Positions 61,321 to 64,000 of a stretch of 64,000 bases of DNA are shown in pieces. Under the pieces are notes generated by a model. It saw nothing but the letters and a program-made list of their open reading frames with translations. It did not search any database and was not told the DNA's origin. Position 1 is the stretch's first letter. The number at the start of each line of letters is the position of its first letter. The translations under genes were made by a program, and so were the position numbers. The stretch comes from Podarcis pityusensis (Eukaryota): NCBI GenBank assembly GCA_964106645.2, contig OZ067052.1; one strand, given 5' to 3'.

Positions 61321-64000
61321 CGTATCTGTCCTAAAGGGGTCCCTTTAGGTATCTGTCTTCAAAAAAAACAGTCCTCTTGTCCTCTAGTTTATTTCTATTT
61401 TTTATTTCACCATTTTTCTTCGCACAGGCATTCCTCATTGTAAATTAAAAATTTGAGATTCCAAATTCTGTAAAAGCTCAAACAATGAGTTCTGAATGGA
61501 AGCAAGCAGATTCAGAAGAGATCTACAAAATATTCAAATTTGCATAATTTATTCTGAGTAAAATCTGTGGTGTATATAATTAGCACATTTGTGGCCTTTA
61601 TTGCTAAGTGCAAGCTTTGCTTTGATATCCAGACCCCCATAATTTTACATATTTTCTGTTTTTAAAGATTTAAATTTTGTTCAAAATATACACAATTAGA
61701 AAGAAGCATAACATTTGCATGATTTGGTATTAATTGGCACACTTTGGTTTTATTAATATAGTGTTTTATTTGCATAGAAGGGTTTTTTGGGGGGCGGGGG
61801 GAGGGTTGGCCCAGAATTCATGCTGACTTCATATACAAAATTCAGGATTTTCCGAAGTTGCAGAATATCTGCCTGACCTAAAGCAACTCTAACTATTGTA
61901 CTTCAGTGGGAGATCCAGTTGCAAATGAGCCTTATCCAGGAACATGGGATTCCCATAGTGGATTTGAAGAACACTGGCTGAGTGTGGGTGTGTTTGGCTC
62001 TTTTGTTTCTTTTTGAAATCTTGGTGGAGGTTTGAAGTTTTCTGTAATTCTGTCCCTTCTTAAGTCATTAGCAAATGCATAATATATGGAGTCTGGTGCC
62101 CTCAAGTGGATTTACTTGTTCAATGCGGCTAATCATGACGGTTCCCTCCCCCTTGAGGAAGTGACTACACTGTTTTGGGGGTAGTTACTGCTGTGAAATT
62201 CTCTTTCTCATAGCTGCAAAACTATCCGGGGTTTGAGGCTCAAAGTCACAGGGAGTTACTCTTTTTCCTTGCTTTCTACTTGCTTAGTGGTAAAAACCTG
62301 TCCACCTTCCAGACTGTGTAGAGTTCTGCCACTGTGGTAAAAGGAGTCTGCTGCACATAGTATCCTTGTGCTCATTAAGAGGAATGCTGTAGCAAATGGG
62401 CACAAGTAAAGATTCTGAGGAAGAACAATGGCTCATTCGTATGAAGTTTTTAATAACAAAAATCAAATACCCACCTCCAAACAAGAAGTGTAATTCCTGG
62501 AATTTATGGTTTCTGAAGAAGCAATGCCCAAAGATTATTATTTTAAATGCTCTGTTTATCAGATTTTTTTATACTGGCCTTCAGCAAATAACGGGGTGGT
62601 CTACAAAAGTTAAAATACAATAGAAGTACAAACCAGCAGGGTGAAAGCAGTAGTAAAAATTCCAGGAGAAAATGTCCTTTAGATGGTAAAAAGTCCAGGA
62701 AGATGAGAGTCTCTTCACCTGGTGCCAAAAACGCATTAGAGTAGGAATCCATTGAGCTTCCCTGGGATGGGAAGGAAGTTTCCATGGCCACAGAAAAGGC
62801 CTACTCCGTTTTCTTCCTGCCTCCTCTCCTCTTCATTTCAATTAATAGGTCTACTGGGAAATGTTCCAGTGCAAGCCTCATTGAAATGACTTGCCTCTCA
62901 TTTTGCCATCTTTATAATGGCCTCCAAAATCTGCTGGTGGAGGTAGCAACCTTACGTTGCATCCTGAGACGGCTACACTGGGTTCCATGCTCACAGTCAG
63001 CATAGTTGCTGTTTGGGCCTCCCTTAAGCCAGTGTTCTGTTGCTGTCAGATGCCAAGGCCCATTCTCTGCCTCTGCCAGTTCAGTTGTTCCTCATCCACT
63101 GAAGGCAGGCTTGAGACCGCACATCTTCCCAAAATGCACTCTTACCTCAAAGTTTAAGAATGCCTGCCCTGGGCCTTTGCGTCTGCCCTTCTGAGAGAGA
63201 AGGGGCACCTGTTGGCTCTCCTGTGATTATTCTTGGTTGGGGAAGGGTGGCTTCACACTGCCCCCACAGCCATGCTTCTGCAGAGCGGGGGCACCTCTCT
63301 GTGGAGCCTGACAGAGGTACAGGCTGTTCAGTGGCCTGAAAAAGCATCCGGTGTCCCACGGGGACCATAGAATGAGGTTGCATTAGAACCACTTCCCCTC
63401 TAACCTCTCTAATACTTTTCTTCAAGTTCTAGCTGCTACAGATCTGTTCATGCAGATGGCTGCAGCATCATAGGCAGGTCACTCTGTGAATTTTAGCCGA
63501 TGGTGGCTTTGCACAGCTGGAAAGCACTTACTCGTGCACAAGTTGGGACAATCTACTTTTCACAGACCTAACGAAGAGTGTGAAAGGTTTTGTGTACCTT
63601 TGCGCTCATTGTTAGCTGTTTGCTTCCTTGGGGCCCAGTGACAATGTGTCAAGAAACTTTTGCTGCATAGAGTGAGAGAGCCAGGTGGGGATGCAGGTGA
63701 TTTTCATGTACCTTGTGGTGTGTTGCTTCTTTGCATGCATATACCGGTAAATGACTGGGGAGGGTTGGGGTTCTCATTTCTTATGCTGCTGCCCCTGTTA
63801 CATGGAGACAGATGGTGCTTACAGTTTGTGGTTTACTAAGGTTTATAGTTACTAGTCATACAAAACGTTCTGTGTGTCGGGAGAGGAGTGCTCCTAGGCA
63901 TCTGTGCATGTAGAGACTACATGCTGGGGCCTTTGTGTGCAGCCACCCAATTAAGTGCATTATCCCGAAGGCCATGGCTCAGACAACAGGCTGCTTATGT

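Noticed and set aside
1-64000. CRISPR arrays or other prokaryote-type systems
   Set aside because: The sequence is eukaryotic intron/exon DNA; no regularly spaced repeat-spacer array or operon-like gene cluster was seen

Overview
Vertebrate, repeat-rich genomic DNA from a squamate reptile, probably a lacertid lizard (inferred from Sauria SINEs, Squam3/POM-type SINEs, BovB and CR1). The only host gene I can support is BIN3 (bridging integrator 3, N-BAR protein) on the + strand. Six internal coding exons (equivalent to human exons 3-8; 558 nt, 186 codons, all GT-AG, phases consistent) lie between 16823 and 53138. I did not find exons 1-2 or the last exon, so they probably lie outside the window. 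The rest is intron packed with transposable elements: a decayed Ty1/copia element, two young CR1 copies, BovB, an RTEX-like fragment, L1 pieces, a Penelope-type hairpin, several SINE families and many hAT and Tc1/mariner MITEs. Almost all other ORFs in the track are spurious. The most unusual observations are: (1) an L1 insertion with an 18-bp TSD carrying an inverted U2 snRNA fragment at its 5' junction; (2) a hAT element carrying a CpG-rich, first-exon-like cargo (ATG|GTGAGT) in frame with BIN3 exon 3; (3) two Sauria SINEs at the mirror-image nucleotide of an inverted repeat; (4) a perfect 65-bp hairpin with a hammerhead ribozyme core; (5) a SINE with a 75-bp target duplication. Family names and U2/tRNA/BIN3 identities come from recalled sequences, not from database searches.
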